NCBI GenBank assembly: GCA_963691875.1
Contig: OY829846.1
Coordinates: forward strand, 2,592,001-2,656,000
DNA from: Aureliella sp.
GTDB lineage: Bacteria; Planctomycetota; Planctomycetia; Pirellulales; Pirellulaceae
DNA: 64,000 nucleotides
Direction: 5' to 3'
Each line of letters starts with the position of its first letter. Position 1 is the first letter of the stretch. Below the pieces are notes generated by a model, which had not been told where the DNA came from, did no database searches, and saw only the letters and a program-made list of their open reading frames with translations. A program made the position numbers and the translations under genes. Positions 39,885 through 50,319 of the stretch are shown one piece after another.

Positions 39885-41576
39885 CTAGTCGGCCTTCGTC
39901 ACGCGAAGGACCTCGTCGACGGTGGTAATACCTTCGATAACCTTGGACCAGCCGTCGTCTCGCAAAGTCGCCATGCCGGCTGCTGTCGCCGTCTTTTTGA
40001 TCACGTCTGATGAAACCTGCTCCGTCACTTGCTGGCGAATCTTCTCATTTGTCACCAACAGCTCGTAAATCCCCTTACGTCCGCGATAGCCAGTCTGACG
40101 ACAATGCTCGCAGCCACCGGGGCGATACAAACGAAAACGCGGGTCTGACAATGCTTCTTCGGGGAAGTCGTCCGGCAAGTCGTCGCGATTCGGCATGTAA
40201 GGCTCCTTGCATTCGTCGCACAGGACACGAACAAGACGTTGAGCCAAAACACCTTCTACCGTACTGGCCACCAAGAAGGGCTCGACGCCCATATCACACA
40301 AACGCATAAAAGCACCCGCAGCATCATTGGTGTGCAAAGTACTAAACACCATGTGGCCCGTCAGAGAAGCTTGTGTAGCATTCTCTGCAGTTTCCAAATC
40401 GCGGATTTCACCAACCAGCACCACGTCTGGATCGTGCCGAAGGATAGCTCGCAAACAGGCTGCGAACGTCAGGCCGACTTTCTGCTGTACTTGAATTTGG
40501 TTGATGCCTTCCAACTGGTACTCGATGGGATCCTCTGTGGTGATGATTTTGCAATCTTCTGACTGGATTTCCGCGAGTGCGCTGTACAGTGTCGTAGTCT
40601 TGCCAGAACCGGTCGGACCCGTGACCAAAACAATTCCGTGAGGCATGTTGATCAACTTGTCGAACTGCTGATAGACGCTCTCGGACATTCCGATGCCACG
40701 AAGCGAAAAAGCAAGATTCGACTTATCCAACACACGCATCACGACGCCTTCACCGTGAAGCATAGGGATAATCGAAACGCGAATATCAATTTCGCGGCCC
40801 GAAATACGCAGCTTAATCCGCCCGTCCTGTGGAATCCTTTTCTCCGCGATGTTCATCTTCGCCATAATTTTCAAACGACTGATGATTGCGGCGCGGAACT
40901 GATTCATGGCCGGTGGCGTCGGCTGCCTTTGTAGAACACCGTCGATGCGATAGCGGAGTTTCAATCCTGCTTCTTGCGACTCGACGTGAATATCACTTGC
41001 TCTTGCTTCGATAGCCTCGGCCAAAATCTCATTCACAAGCCTGACGACAGAAGCCTCCTGGACTCCATCGGCGTCCTCGAGACCTTCGGTGTCGATCTCT
41101 TCCAACATCTCAACAGCACCACTTTGCTGTTGAATTGCAACGAGGCCATCGATGGTCTCCGCGCCCACGCCGAGATAGCGCTTGATGAGTCGTTGTACGG
41201 TTTCTTGCTCAGCCAAAGCTGGCCGAACTTCGATGCCAAGAGCGGATGCAACAGAATCGATCGCATCGAAGTTAAAGGGATTCGTCACCGCCAACTTAAG
41301 CCAGCCATCGCCACGTTCGACGGGAAAGACCTCGTGGCGGTGTATCAGCTTGATCGGAAAGCGTTCGATTGCATCTGTAGCGACGTCTAGATGATCATTG
41401 GCAATCCACTCCAGGCCCAAGGCGCGAGCACTGCTAGCAAGTAGATCTTTGGTACCAGATAAAGCAAATTCCTTTGCTAGCCCATCGAGTCCTTCCCCGG
41501 CGTCGAGGTGTTCGGCGACCCGACGTAGCTGCGCACCGTCTAACGGAGGAGCCAACGCTCCAGTGTTTGCAATCAT
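39885..41576 (-). CDS. gspE: Type II secretion ATPase GspE/PilB
   Basis: ASDIHVE, RYRIDG, PQDGR, GPTGSGKTTT, EDPIEY, RHDPDVVLVGEIRD, TGH....TLH and the Zn motif CDEC...GCEHC. Confidence 0.95.
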   Translation of the reverse strand: MIANTGALAPPLDGAQLRRVAEHLDAGEGLDGLAKEFALSGTKDLLASSARALGLEWIANDHLDVATDAIERFPIKLIHRHEVFPVERGDGWLKLAVTNPFNFDAIDSVASALGIEVRPALAEQETVQRLIKRYLGVGAETIDGLVAIQQQSGAVEMLEEIDTEGLEDADGVQEASVVRLVNEILAEAIEARASDIHVESQEAGLKLRYRIDGVLQRQPTPPAMNQFRAAIISRLKIMAKMNIAEKRIPQDGRIKLRISGREIDIRVSIIPMLHGEGVVMRVLDKSNLAFSLRGIGMSESVYQQFDKLINMPHGIVLVTGPTGSGKTTTLYSALAEIQSEDCKIITTEDPIEYQLEGINQIQVQQKVGLTFAACLRAILRHDPDVVLVGEIRDLETAENATQASLTGHMVFSTLHTNDAAGAFMRLCDMGVEPFLVASTVEGVLAQRLVRVLCDECKEPYMPNRDDLPDDFPEEALSDPRFRLYRPGGCEHCRQTGYRGRKGIYELLVTNEKIRQQVTEQVSSDVIKKTATAAGMATLRDDGWSKVIEGITTVDEVLRVTKAD

Positions 41577-41710
41577 CTACCGTCCTTTACGTTCAGGTGG
41601 GACTCGCTCCGCGAGTTGGGAAGGACTTAAGCCGGGGAAAGTTGCTTAAGTGGTGGCAAAGTGAGACAGTTGGGGGGGATCTCAGCAAATTGCATATATT
41701 AACAGTTGTT

Positions 41711-41739
41711 ATAGTAAAAGCTGCAGTTTGGAAGGTCAA
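41711..41739 (-). promoter_or_regulatory. Sigma70-like promoter upstream of gspE (TTGACC-17-TACTAT)
   Basis: -35 at 41739-41734 and -10 at 41716-41711, in an AT-rich intergenic stretch. Confidence 0.5.
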
Positions 41740-41907
41740 CTTTTGCTTGGATTGTTTGTTAGCTACTCTAACGAGCGAGGCCACAACATAAGTCGACGGG
41801 AATCTTCGTTTGGTATCGGACTCCATATTCCGTATCTGTGCAGCACTTGCTATAGCCAACAACCGCCCTGACATTATCGCAGGGATCCACCCCCTCATGT
41901 AAGGTAG

Positions 41908-44900
41908 TTACTTCGCGAGCAACAGTTCAATCGCATCGCGGAGGCTGCTGGCACTCGAGGACTCGAGTCGAATCACGTCAAAACGCTTTGGTGAAGCACT
42001 CGAGGCCTGCTCGTCCAGGTTCTCAACAAATGCCTCGATCTCTGAGGTTAATTGCTGCGGTGCACGCATGACGATCGAGTTCGTAGCCTCGTCGACTGTG
42101 AGGGTCAGGATCGGCCCGGTGCGTTCAGCGTTGAGCTGCTCAAAGATTGAGGCGACCGCAGAGGTCACTCCATCTGGGACTTGAAAGGGAGCTCTACCTC
42201 CATTTGGCCTCAGCTGGCTGGCATACACATCGCGAAGAATCTCGACGACACGTGCAGCATCAGTGTTCTCAACTTGGATCACCGTTGGCGAAATCAACTC
42301 TAGGTCACGAACCAAGTCTTCCGAGTCCAGCACGCCCAGCATCTCTTCGATTACTTTGCGATCGTTTCGACTCCCGCTCACGATCAGACCGTTGACGCGA
42401 TTGTCTGCGACAATCTTGACGTTGTTAAAAGGCTGAGGATTCTCGTCGTCCGATTTCTTACCAATTCCGAAAAGCTCCGACAGCAATTCTTTGGTTGCCT
42501 CAGCGCTGGCATTGTGAAGAAGGTACAGCGAGTAATTGCCGCGCGTTGCGTAAGCTTCCATTCGCGGACTCATGATACCTTGGATGAGTCTCTCCATATG
42601 GTCGAGTGCCACGAAGTCATCCGAGGCTAAGGTCCAGCGATCTTCCCCCACTACAATAACGATCGGAGAAGCCGATTCTTGCTTCTGAGCCGACGATTGA
42701 AAGCTCGGTTTGTTCGCCGAATTTTCTTCCTGCACTAGTGCAGTGGAAACAAGCTTCGGAAAGTCTGACCCACGATGCAAGTCACTGCTATCCGCAGCAC
42801 CTGGTTTTGCGGGTGGATTCACCTTCCGCTGCTCCTGCTTCTCCGTTTCTACTACAGGGGTACCAGGGCGAATCACACGAATGGGATTCTCGCCTACATC
42901 TGGCCAAAGTCGTTCCAACTCTTTCAGCACTCGATCTCCCGTTCCGTTCATTGGTACGAAGCGAAGCCGACTTAATTTCGCCTGAGGTATGCCGCCTTGG
43001 ATCTCAGCCGCCTCTTCGCCCATTTGCTTAGCAAGGGCTCGAATCTTCTCGTGTTGCTCCGGAGTCGCCCGAATCATTACAATCTGCTGTGCTTGATCCA
43101 TCGAAATGTTCGGAAGCATTCGAGCTGGCTGATCGCGAAACAAAGCATCGACTGCAGAACGAAACGTAAATGTGTCCAGCTCGCGTAGTTGCATGACTAC
43201 GAGTTCACGATCTGGCCCAGACAGTTGGGTCAATGTTTCCTCGACACGGTTCAACTGAGATGGTGTTCCCGTGGCGTAGAGTTCTCTAGCAAAAACATCG
43301 TAGCGAACTTCGAGTCGTGGTTGCTCCTCGCGAAACAGACTTTGAATGATCGGTACGAGCGAGTTGCCATCAACTTGAGACACTGGAAAGGTCTTCAGCG
43401 AACGGCCTTCTCCACGCGGCTTAGATTGATCGATTTGCTGAATCAGCTTTGCAGCGATCTCAAGATCTTGAGCGGTTCCGACGACGAAGATGCTCTGTGA
43501 CTCTTCGTGAAATCCCACGCCCACATCAGATCTGAGCCCAAAAGCACTTTCGATTGCTTCTGCGGTACTAGGGACATGCGCGTGTTTCAGCACAAAGGTC
43601 TTGAGCGTCGGCATGCGACTCGGTTGCTCGTTCAGGTTCTCAACGACGATAGCGATAGCTTCATGCTCTTCCTTGGTGGCGGTCGCGAAAATTCCGCCTG
43701 CTGATTGGTCCGCAGTGAGCGTGGCGTCCGGAAAGTTTTCGGCCAGTGCCGTGGCGAGGGCTCCTGGTTCCGCGACATCGACTTTGTAAAAGCTGGTCGT
43801 TCGCTCAGTCAGTTCTCGTTTGTCAATCTGCTCGATCACCCCCGAGATCCGAGCCATGTCGGTCTTGGAAGCCGTCACGATGAGGCTGTTTGTCGCTCGA
43901 TCGGCCACCGCGGAAACATTTTCAGCGATCGCCAGTACAGCACTGTCGATGTAGCGAGGATCTGCGTAGATCAGCTTGAAGACCTTGGTTTCATGATCTT
44001 TGTGCTGATCCGACTCGATCTGTTCAACAACAGAGTCAACACGTTCCATCACCTCCTTTGGTGCTGTGACGATGACGCTGTTGGAATCGCGGTCAGCAAC
44101 GGCACCAATAACCCCTTCAATCGCCAGAATCGCGTTATCGATGTAGCGCGCGTCCGAGTTCTCAAGCCGGAAAACTTTGGTCACACTTTCCTTTGGCGAA
44201 GCAGCTTTGATTTCTTCGATCACAGCAGCTACTGTTTCCATCGTCTCTTTCGGAGCCACTACGATGAGACTGTTTGTCTCGCGTTCAGCGACCGCTGACT
44301 CTACGCCGTCAAGAGCTAGGATCGCCGTATCGACGTAGCGTGCATCGGCCGTTCCTAGGGGAAAGACGCGAATCTCTTTTGAGTCGCTGTTGGTATCTTC
44401 GATTTGCTCGACCACCTTCTCGATGCGGGCGAGATCTTCGGCCGAACCTGTAGCGAGGATGCTGTTGGATCCTCGATCCGCTACCACATTTGCCTCGGGC
44501 ACCAACTCAGCCAATGAAAGTCCGACGTAGCGAACGTCCCCTTTCTCGAGATGAAAGACGCGAGTCTCAAAGCCCTTTTGATTGTTCTTGAATCTATCCA
44601 TCAAGTCGCTGGCTCGCTGATGATCCTTGGGCTTCGCTGTTATGACAACGGCTTGAAGATCAGCACTGCCGAAGACTTCTGCATCCGGTAGGAGTTCTGC
44701 GAGAATCTCCGAAAGTTTGACGACATTCGCGTCCCTCTGTTCGTAGACTTGAGTTGTCTTGCCATCGGCAGGTTCCACGTCGTAGCTCTTCAAGAACTCA
44801 ACGACTTGAGCGTGGTCCTCTTCAATCGCTGAGACGACCAAAGTGTTAGCGACTTTGTCACGACCGACCGTCGCGTTTGGCAGTAAGCCGGCAAGCATCA

Positions 44901-47900
44901 GCTGAGCTGAGCCAGTACCGACGTACTCGAGTGGATATGCCCTCGCAAGTAACTTGACTGGCGTCGGCAGTTCTTTAGTTAACGCATCGATTTGCTCGCG
45001 AGCTTGCTTCAGTTCATCTTCAGAACCCGATGCGATAATCGCTTTCCCATCGGCACTCGGCTTGAGTTCCAGAGACTCGGGCAACGTAGCTTCCAGACCG
45101 GACAGCAAATCATTGAGATCTACTTGCTCGGTATCAACTGGCAGCATCGCGACTTGTGTGGGAGTCGATTCCGAGGGTTCAAGAATCGCTGTGATCAGCT
45201 GACCGATGTCTTCGTGCAACTTTTCATCAGCTAGAATCACCAACCGGCCACGTGTAGCATCGGAGGAAACAGTGGCTTGAGGTAATAGTTCACCCAGTGC
45301 AAGGGCGACTGTTGCAATTTGAGTTGCCGGCACAGGATAGATTTTGACAGTCTTGCTTTTTGCTGACGCAACGTCGTAGCTCTTTAAGAACTCAGCGACC
45401 TTGGCATGTTCCTCGGCCGCAGCGGTAATCACGAGAGCGTTCTGAGCTGGTTCGGGAGTGATGCTTGCAGTTGGTACTAATCCAGCCAGCATTTGCTGAA
45501 CGGTTGCTGTACTGACATGTTCTAGCTCGTACACCTTCGGACTAGCAGTCACCGGCTCGGGAAGCTTCTCGATCAGCCTCTTCACCTGCTCCTGAGCAGC
45601 GCCAACTTCCTCGGGCGATCCAATTGCGATAATCGCCTTTCCATCGGAACTCGAATTCAGAGTCAGCGTCGGAGGAACTGTTTGCTGAAGCGACTGCAGA
45701 AGATCAACAAGGCTCATTCTTCGGATGTCCACCGGAATGACAACGACTTCCTTCGACTCGGCGCCGACACCTTTTGCTATCAAGTCGATGGTCTCGCGAA
45801 TCTTGATCTGGGATTCCTGGGAAGCGAGCACCACGATCTGCCCAGTGGTTGCATCCGGGGCAACGGCGGCTTCGGGGTAAAGCGAACTCAGGGCAAGTGC
45901 GACTGCCGCCAATTGCGTCGGTTTTACGGAGTAGGTCGCAGGAGTTCGAACTTGCTTAGCCGATTCTGCTAGCTGCTTGATAGCTTCGGCGATGCGCTCA
46001 TGCTGTTGCTGGTCGCCCCAAACCGTGATGGTTCGTGTTGCTGCGTCGGTGCTGATTACAGCTTTGGGTGCAAGCTGCCCCAGCACGCCTGGGAAAGTTG
46101 TCATGTCCCCTTGAGAGAGTTTGTAGGACTTGACTGTTTTCTCGACCCTGCCTTGTTGAGCGAATAATCGGTCTAAGGCTTCCTGAACTTCCGCTAGCTG
46201 TTTGGCTGCCCCAGAAGCAAGAATCTGACCATCGGCAGCAACTGACATCGAAAGCTCTGGCCACATCGCCTGCAAGCTTGCCTGCAAAGCGTTTGGATCG
46301 ACACCTTGCACCTCAAAAGTTCGAATCTCGTCACGTTCAGCCTCCGCTGCAGGCTGGTCCATCTGTTCCAGAGTGGATTTTGCTATAGTTTGGTTCTTAA
46401 GATTTGTCGTAACGACCAGCTGCTTCATCTCGTCGCTGGCGAGCAAAGTAGCTTCAGGAAGTATTTGTGTCAGGATTGATTGTGCGTCACTGGGGATCAC
46501 GTGCTTCAAGGAATACGTCACTACGACTGGTTGTTCTGCAACACCTGGCTGCTCGGCAAGGGATTGAACCAGTTCATCCAAATCCGCGTGCGTTTTTGCA
46601 TCCGCCCAGACCAGAACTCTTTTCGTATCCGGCGCGACATTATTACGAGCCTCACCGATCAGAGGAGCAATTGCTGTCTGAAGCGCCGAGCCCGACAACC
46701 CCAAGACGGAATAGATTCTCAACTCTGCTTTACTTCGCTGTGGCAACTGCGCTTGCATATCAGTCAGCCGTTCTGCGATCTTTTCCTGCTCAGCTTCTTC
46801 TGCCAGGATAAGCAAACGTGAAGAATCATCGTCCAACTTGAGCTGAGCGCCACCAAATTCGGCTTGCAAAAGCTCGACAAGCATCGTTGGGTCGTCCACC
46901 GTAATGTCATATAACTTGGGCACTACCTTCGTCTGCTGGCTCAAGGACTTCACGAGCGCGCCCAGCTCAGCGTGGGTCGCTTGTTCGGCCCATACGAGCA
47001 ATCGCTTCTGATCTGGAGCTACAATCGTCTCCGAATCACCCAACGTTGGAGCAAGAGCGGTTTGCAACTCAGTCGCGGTCAGGTTCGCCAGTTGATAAGT
47101 CTTTAGCTCGGGCTCAACTCGCTTTTCCATCTCGGCTTGGATCGTGACAATTCGTTCCGCAATTGCAAGCTGGCTGCTCTCTTTGGCAAGAACAAGCAGC
47201 TTTTCCCCGTCCTCGCTCAGCTGAAAAGTCGCTTCTTCGAATGATGATTGCAGTAGTGTGAGCAATGCGGCTGGCTCGGCCACCGTAATTGCATAGGACT
47301 TGGGCAACGTCTTTGGCTTAGCGGGAATGGCGACATCGAGACTTTCAAGAAACCTCGCAAACGAAACGTGCTGTTCATCACTTGCCCAAACAAACAGTTC
47401 TTCCTCGGCAGCACCGTCGACAACCTTAATGTCGACTAAGTCTGCTGGCAGTGCATCGAGCAAGCTCTTTCGCTGGAACTGCGATTCGGTCAACGAATAA
47501 ACTTGTAGACGACTAACCTGCTGCTTAGGCAATAAGGTTTGGAGTTGCGGCAAGATGGCTTCGATGGCGACTACTTCATTGCCATCTCCGAGGACAACTA
47601 ACTTCTTCTCATTCTCGCTCAGCCAGAGTTTTGCATCGGGAACAATACGAGCAACGGTTGCGAGCCACTCTGCATCGGCTTGTCGCTCCAGCTCAAATCC
47701 ACGAAGCGAAGCTTCGTTCGGTCCATCTTGTTGCTTCCAAAGCTCGACAACCTGTTGGGCAACTTGCATGTCCTCCTCTGAGCCGCGAACAATCAGACTT
47801 TTGCCCGAAACGGCAGCTTGACTCTCTGGCAAGAACTGGGACATCAGAGATGCGAGAGCTGAGTTCTCTTCTCCGGCAAGCTCAAAGACTCGTACAGTCT

Positions 47901-49134
47901 CTTTGGCTTCAACCGGCTTTAGCCCCAGAGCGGTCAGTGCTGCTTGTACCTTCGCCAAATCTTCCGTACCTGCGGTGACCAAGACGCGATCACCCGCTGC
48001 AGCAACCTGACTTTTCGGAACCAGCTTCTGTAATTGAGGCAAAATCGCATCCGCAGGCTGACCGCCTAGTAAGTAGGCCTCGGTCTTGGAAGCTGGCAGG
48101 GCGCTCGCGTTCTTTTGCATGTCGTCCAATATCAACTTGATCGTCGCTTGCTGTGACGGAACAACATAAGCGCTCAGGACTCCGGTGCGAGTATCAAGTG
48201 TGATCTGGCTACTTGAAACGAGTTTCTGGACCGTCTCCAAGACATTGTTAGGATCAAGGCTCCCGATGGTGTAAGCCGCGAAAACCGGCGCCGGGGGTGG
48301 AACAGGCGGCTTTGGCTTGGGTGGCGCAACAGGTGGAGGAACAGAAGCGATCAGTTCGTTGATGGTCGCCATCTTGCCCGCATTCTCAACCACCAAGAGT
48401 TTCGAACCACTGGCAATCGGAAAGGCTCGAGCGTAGCCGTTTAAATAGGGTTGCACCTCCGCTAGCACCGAAGCAACGGGTCGTCCGCCGAGTGGAAAGA
48501 TGCAAGAAACCAATTCAAACTTGCCGCGTTCGGTGAGTTTGTCCAACTCAACTCTCGGCAGCAACTCGATGGGAATGCTCTCACTAAGTTGCATCACAAC
48601 AAGCATTTTTTCCCGACGCACCAGCGTGAAGCCACGCGTCATGAGGACACCGTTGAGCAGATCGATTCCTTCGGATGGACTTCGTGGACGCTTATCAGAG
48701 TAAGTGAATACACCTGGGGGAGTTCGATCCATGACCAAGGTAAGCTCTTGCTGCCTGGCGAACCAATCGAGGACCACGTTCCATTCCGTTTCGTTGAACT
48801 GGAACATGAGATCCTGAGCCGCGACTGTTGCCTGGAAGGCCGTTCGTTGTTCTTCGCTCAACAGACCGAGGATCTTGTCTCGCGATTGTTTTCGAACAGC
48901 ATTCTGCTCACTTGGACTTTTGGCGGTAGCCAGGCTTGTGGCTCTAGCCTGCAGCTCTTGTTGAATCTGGACGCGCTGTTCATCACTAAGGCTGAGGCGT
49001 TCAGCAATTGACGGATGCACCAGCGTCGCAACGTCCATTTCCTGAGACTGCCCCACGGATGGGGATAGTAGGAACCATGTGAGGACCCAAAGAAAGCTCC
49101 CCGAAACGGAGGCTGAGAATCGAAGCAAGTTCAT
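41908..49134 (-). CDS. Giant secretin N-domain repeat protein (N0-like + ~31 N1/N3-like repeats, no secretin barrel), ~2408 aa
   Basis: Signal peptide from ATG 49134. LMFQFNETEWNVVLDWFA...PPGVFTY...LNGVL..RGFTLV is N0-like. It is followed by ~64-aa repeats of the form xxxVFxLxxADAxxV...ADxxxNSLIVxAxxxxxxxIxxVIEQID. It ends RDAIELLLAK without barrel motifs. Confidence 0.8.
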   Translation of the reverse strand: MNLLRFSASVSGSFLWVLTWFLLSPSVGQSQEMDVATLVHPSIAERLSLSDEQRVQIQQELQARATSLATAKSPSEQNAVRKQSRDKILGLLSEEQRTAFQATVAAQDLMFQFNETEWNVVLDWFARQQELTLVMDRTPPGVFTYSDKRPRSPSEGIDLLNGVLMTRGFTLVRREKMLVVMQLSESIPIELLPRVELDKLTERGKFELVSCIFPLGGRPVASVLAEVQPYLNGYARAFPIASGSKLLVVENAGKMATINELIASVPPPVAPPKPKPPVPPPAPVFAAYTIGSLDPNNVLETVQKLVSSSQITLDTRTGVLSAYVVPSQQATIKLILDDMQKNASALPASKTEAYLLGGQPADAILPQLQKLVPKSQVAAAGDRVLVTAGTEDLAKVQAALTALGLKPVEAKETVRVFELAGEENSALASLMSQFLPESQAAVSGKSLIVRGSEEDMQVAQQVVELWKQQDGPNEASLRGFELERQADAEWLATVARIVPDAKLWLSENEKKLVVLGDGNEVVAIEAILPQLQTLLPKQQVSRLQVYSLTESQFQRKSLLDALPADLVDIKVVDGAAEEELFVWASDEQHVSFARFLESLDVAIPAKPKTLPKSYAITVAEPAALLTLLQSSFEEATFQLSEDGEKLLVLAKESSQLAIAERIVTIQAEMEKRVEPELKTYQLANLTATELQTALAPTLGDSETIVAPDQKRLLVWAEQATHAELGALVKSLSQQTKVVPKLYDITVDDPTMLVELLQAEFGGAQLKLDDDSSRLLILAEEAEQEKIAERLTDMQAQLPQRSKAELRIYSVLGLSGSALQTAIAPLIGEARNNVAPDTKRVLVWADAKTHADLDELVQSLAEQPGVAEQPVVVTYSLKHVIPSDAQSILTQILPEATLLASDEMKQLVVTTNLKNQTIAKSTLEQMDQPAAEAERDEIRTFEVQGVDPNALQASLQAMWPELSMSVAADGQILASGAAKQLAEVQEALDRLFAQQGRVEKTVKSYKLSQGDMTTFPGVLGQLAPKAVISTDAATRTITVWGDQQQHERIAEAIKQLAESAKQVRTPATYSVKPTQLAAVALALSSLYPEAAVAPDATTGQIVVLASQESQIKIRETIDLIAKGVGAESKEVVVIPVDIRRMSLVDLLQSLQQTVPPTLTLNSSSDGKAIIAIGSPEEVGAAQEQVKRLIEKLPEPVTASPKVYELEHVSTATVQQMLAGLVPTASITPEPAQNALVITAAAEEHAKVAEFLKSYDVASAKSKTVKIYPVPATQIATVALALGELLPQATVSSDATRGRLVILADEKLHEDIGQLITAILEPSESTPTQVAMLPVDTEQVDLNDLLSGLEATLPESLELKPSADGKAIIASGSEDELKQAREQIDALTKELPTPVKLLARAYPLEYVGTGSAQLMLAGLLPNATVGRDKVANTLVVSAIEEDHAQVVEFLKSYDVEPADGKTTQVYEQRDANVVKLSEILAELLPDAEVFGSADLQAVVITAKPKDHQRASDLMDRFKNNQKGFETRVFHLEKGDVRYVGLSLAELVPEANVVADRGSNSILATGSAEDLARIEKVVEQIEDTNSDSKEIRVFPLGTADARYVDTAILALDGVESAVAERETNSLIVVAPKETMETVAAVIEEIKAASPKESVTKVFRLENSDARYIDNAILAIEGVIGAVADRDSNSVIVTAPKEVMERVDSVVEQIESDQHKDHETKVFKLIYADPRYIDSAVLAIAENVSAVADRATNSLIVTASKTDMARISGVIEQIDKRELTERTTSFYKVDVAEPGALATALAENFPDATLTADQSAGGIFATATKEEHEAIAIVVENLNEQPSRMPTLKTFVLKHAHVPSTAEAIESAFGLRSDVGVGFHEESQSIFVVGTAQDLEIAAKLIQQIDQSKPRGEGRSLKTFPVSQVDGNSLVPIIQSLFREEQPRLEVRYDVFARELYATGTPSQLNRVEETLTQLSGPDRELVVMQLRELDTFTFRSAVDALFRDQPARMLPNISMDQAQQIVMIRATPEQHEKIRALAKQMGEEAAEIQGGIPQAKLSRLRFVPMNGTGDRVLKELERLWPDVGENPIRVIRPGTPVVETEKQEQRKVNPPAKPGAADSSDLHRGSDFPKLVSTALVQEENSANKPSFQSSAQKQESASPIVIVVGEDRWTLASDDFVALDHMERLIQGIMSPRMEAYATRGNYSLYLLHNASAEATKELLSELFGIGKKSDDENPQPFNNVKIVADNRVNGLIVSGSRNDRKVIEEMLGVLDSEDLVRDLELISPTVIQVENTDAARVVEILRDVYASQLRPNGGRAPFQVPDGVTSAVASIFEQLNAERTGPILTLTVDEATNSIVMRAPQQLTSEIEAFVENLDEQASSASPKRFDVIRLESSSASSLRDAIELLLAK

Positions 49135-49427
49135 GGGAAGGGCGGGAATGGGTGGGAAAGTGATAGAAGCTGGGCCTTCTGAAAGATAGCCCGCGTTTTT
49201 AATTATAGTTGCGGGACCACAGATTTCGCCTGGGTTGAGTTGCGCCGGCGTAATCAATGTTCCACTTGGATGAAACACTTACAATGGTCACCCGCCATGC
49301 CAGCGAGGGATTTTCTGCTATTCTTCACCAACGTGAAGGATTGCCACCGGCTTGAGAGAGTAAAGGAATATCTGCCCAAGCAAGAGCAAGCTGCTCACCA
49401 AGAAATACCGAAAAGTCAGTCCTACAC

Positions 49428-50312
49428 CTAGCGATCCGTCGATCGTGGCGAGTCGATCCACTGGCCTTTACGAATGTCGCTGCGATCCATCCGCTCTTTC
49501 TGGGAAGGTGGCGACGACCGAACACTGGCAGTATTACCGTCTTCTACACTGGTCGCCGGATCCTGAGGCACTGACAGCGGAATCGTGGGAACTTCGAACT
49601 TGCCCTGAGCAGCTGTTTGTTCCCCAGCTTTCGGAGTACTTTTGTCATTCAAATGCCGCTGAAAGCTCGGTGGCAAAGTGATCGTTTCCACCGTTCGTCC
49701 AGGCTTGGCTTCAACATGACTCGCTGGAAGTACAGGCGGAGAGTCGGTAAGGGACAACTTCGGAGAGATTGGCTCAGAAGGCTGGCCCGGTAGGAGTTTA
49801 ACAGTCGGATCCGAAATCAGAGTACCACTTTTCGTACCTTGGAATCGCGTGATCAGCACCAGGCGTTTTGCTTCTTCACCAACGGGACCGAATGGAAGCC
49901 AGACACTGTAGGAAGGCCCGATGGAAGTACGACTCATGTGTTGGGTGAACTGCTCAGTCGTGAAGACGAACTTGCGCAGCGGCTTCTGCTTCGTCGGATC
50001 CACCGCATCTGCATCAAAAACATAGACGGCTAACGCCCCATCCACCTCGACGGGATCTTGGTTCTCTTTCTCGTAAAAGTAAAGACGTCCGCCAAAGCCT
50101 CGCACACCGCCTTGCCCCGACTGGTGCAACACGGAATCCGTCCACACCGCCAAGATTCGTTCGGGCTTTTGCTCGTCTTCTTCGGACCAAGGCATCGAAA
50201 TACTACTTGCCTTGGGCGCGAACTGGCAACCACTTGCACCGATAAGCAAAATAACGAGTAGCAAAAACTGCTTACTTGAGTCCGATAGTCGCATTGGATT
50301 GGGTAGGAGCAT
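49428..50312 (-). CDS. Lipoprotein encoded directly after the secretin (candidate pilotin/accessory)
   Basis: Lipobox LLIGASG-C, globular region RGFGGRLYFY...PVEVDG.L.VYVFD...GPSYSVWLP and a disordered tail. ATG 50312 lies 7 bp after the gspD stop. Confidence 0.65.
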   Translation of the reverse strand: MLLPNPMRLSDSSKQFLLLVILLIGASGCQFAPKASSISMPWSEEDEQKPERILAVWTDSVLHQSGQGGVRGFGGRLYFYEKENQDPVEVDGALAVYVFDADAVDPTKQKPLRKFVFTTEQFTQHMSRTSIGPSYSVWLPFGPVGEEAKRLVLITRFQGTKSGTLISDPTVKLLPGQPSEPISPKLSLTDSPPVLPASHVEAKPGRTVETITLPPSFQRHLNDKSTPKAGEQTAAQGKFEVPTIPLSVPQDPATSVEDGNTASVRSSPPSQKERMDRSDIRKGQWIDSPRSTDR

Positions 50313-50319
50313 CGCTGTG

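Noticed and set aside
41908..41990. Terminal half-repeat of the giant protein complementing a half-domain in GspD
   Set aside because: The apparent GspD half-domain has its own first strand (VQILRL) before a disordered insertion, so domain swapping is not supported by sequence alone.
49135..49278. 48-aa N-terminal extension of the giant protein
   Set aside because: A signal peptide begins at ATG 49134, and the upstream stretch looks intergenic (contains TATAAT).
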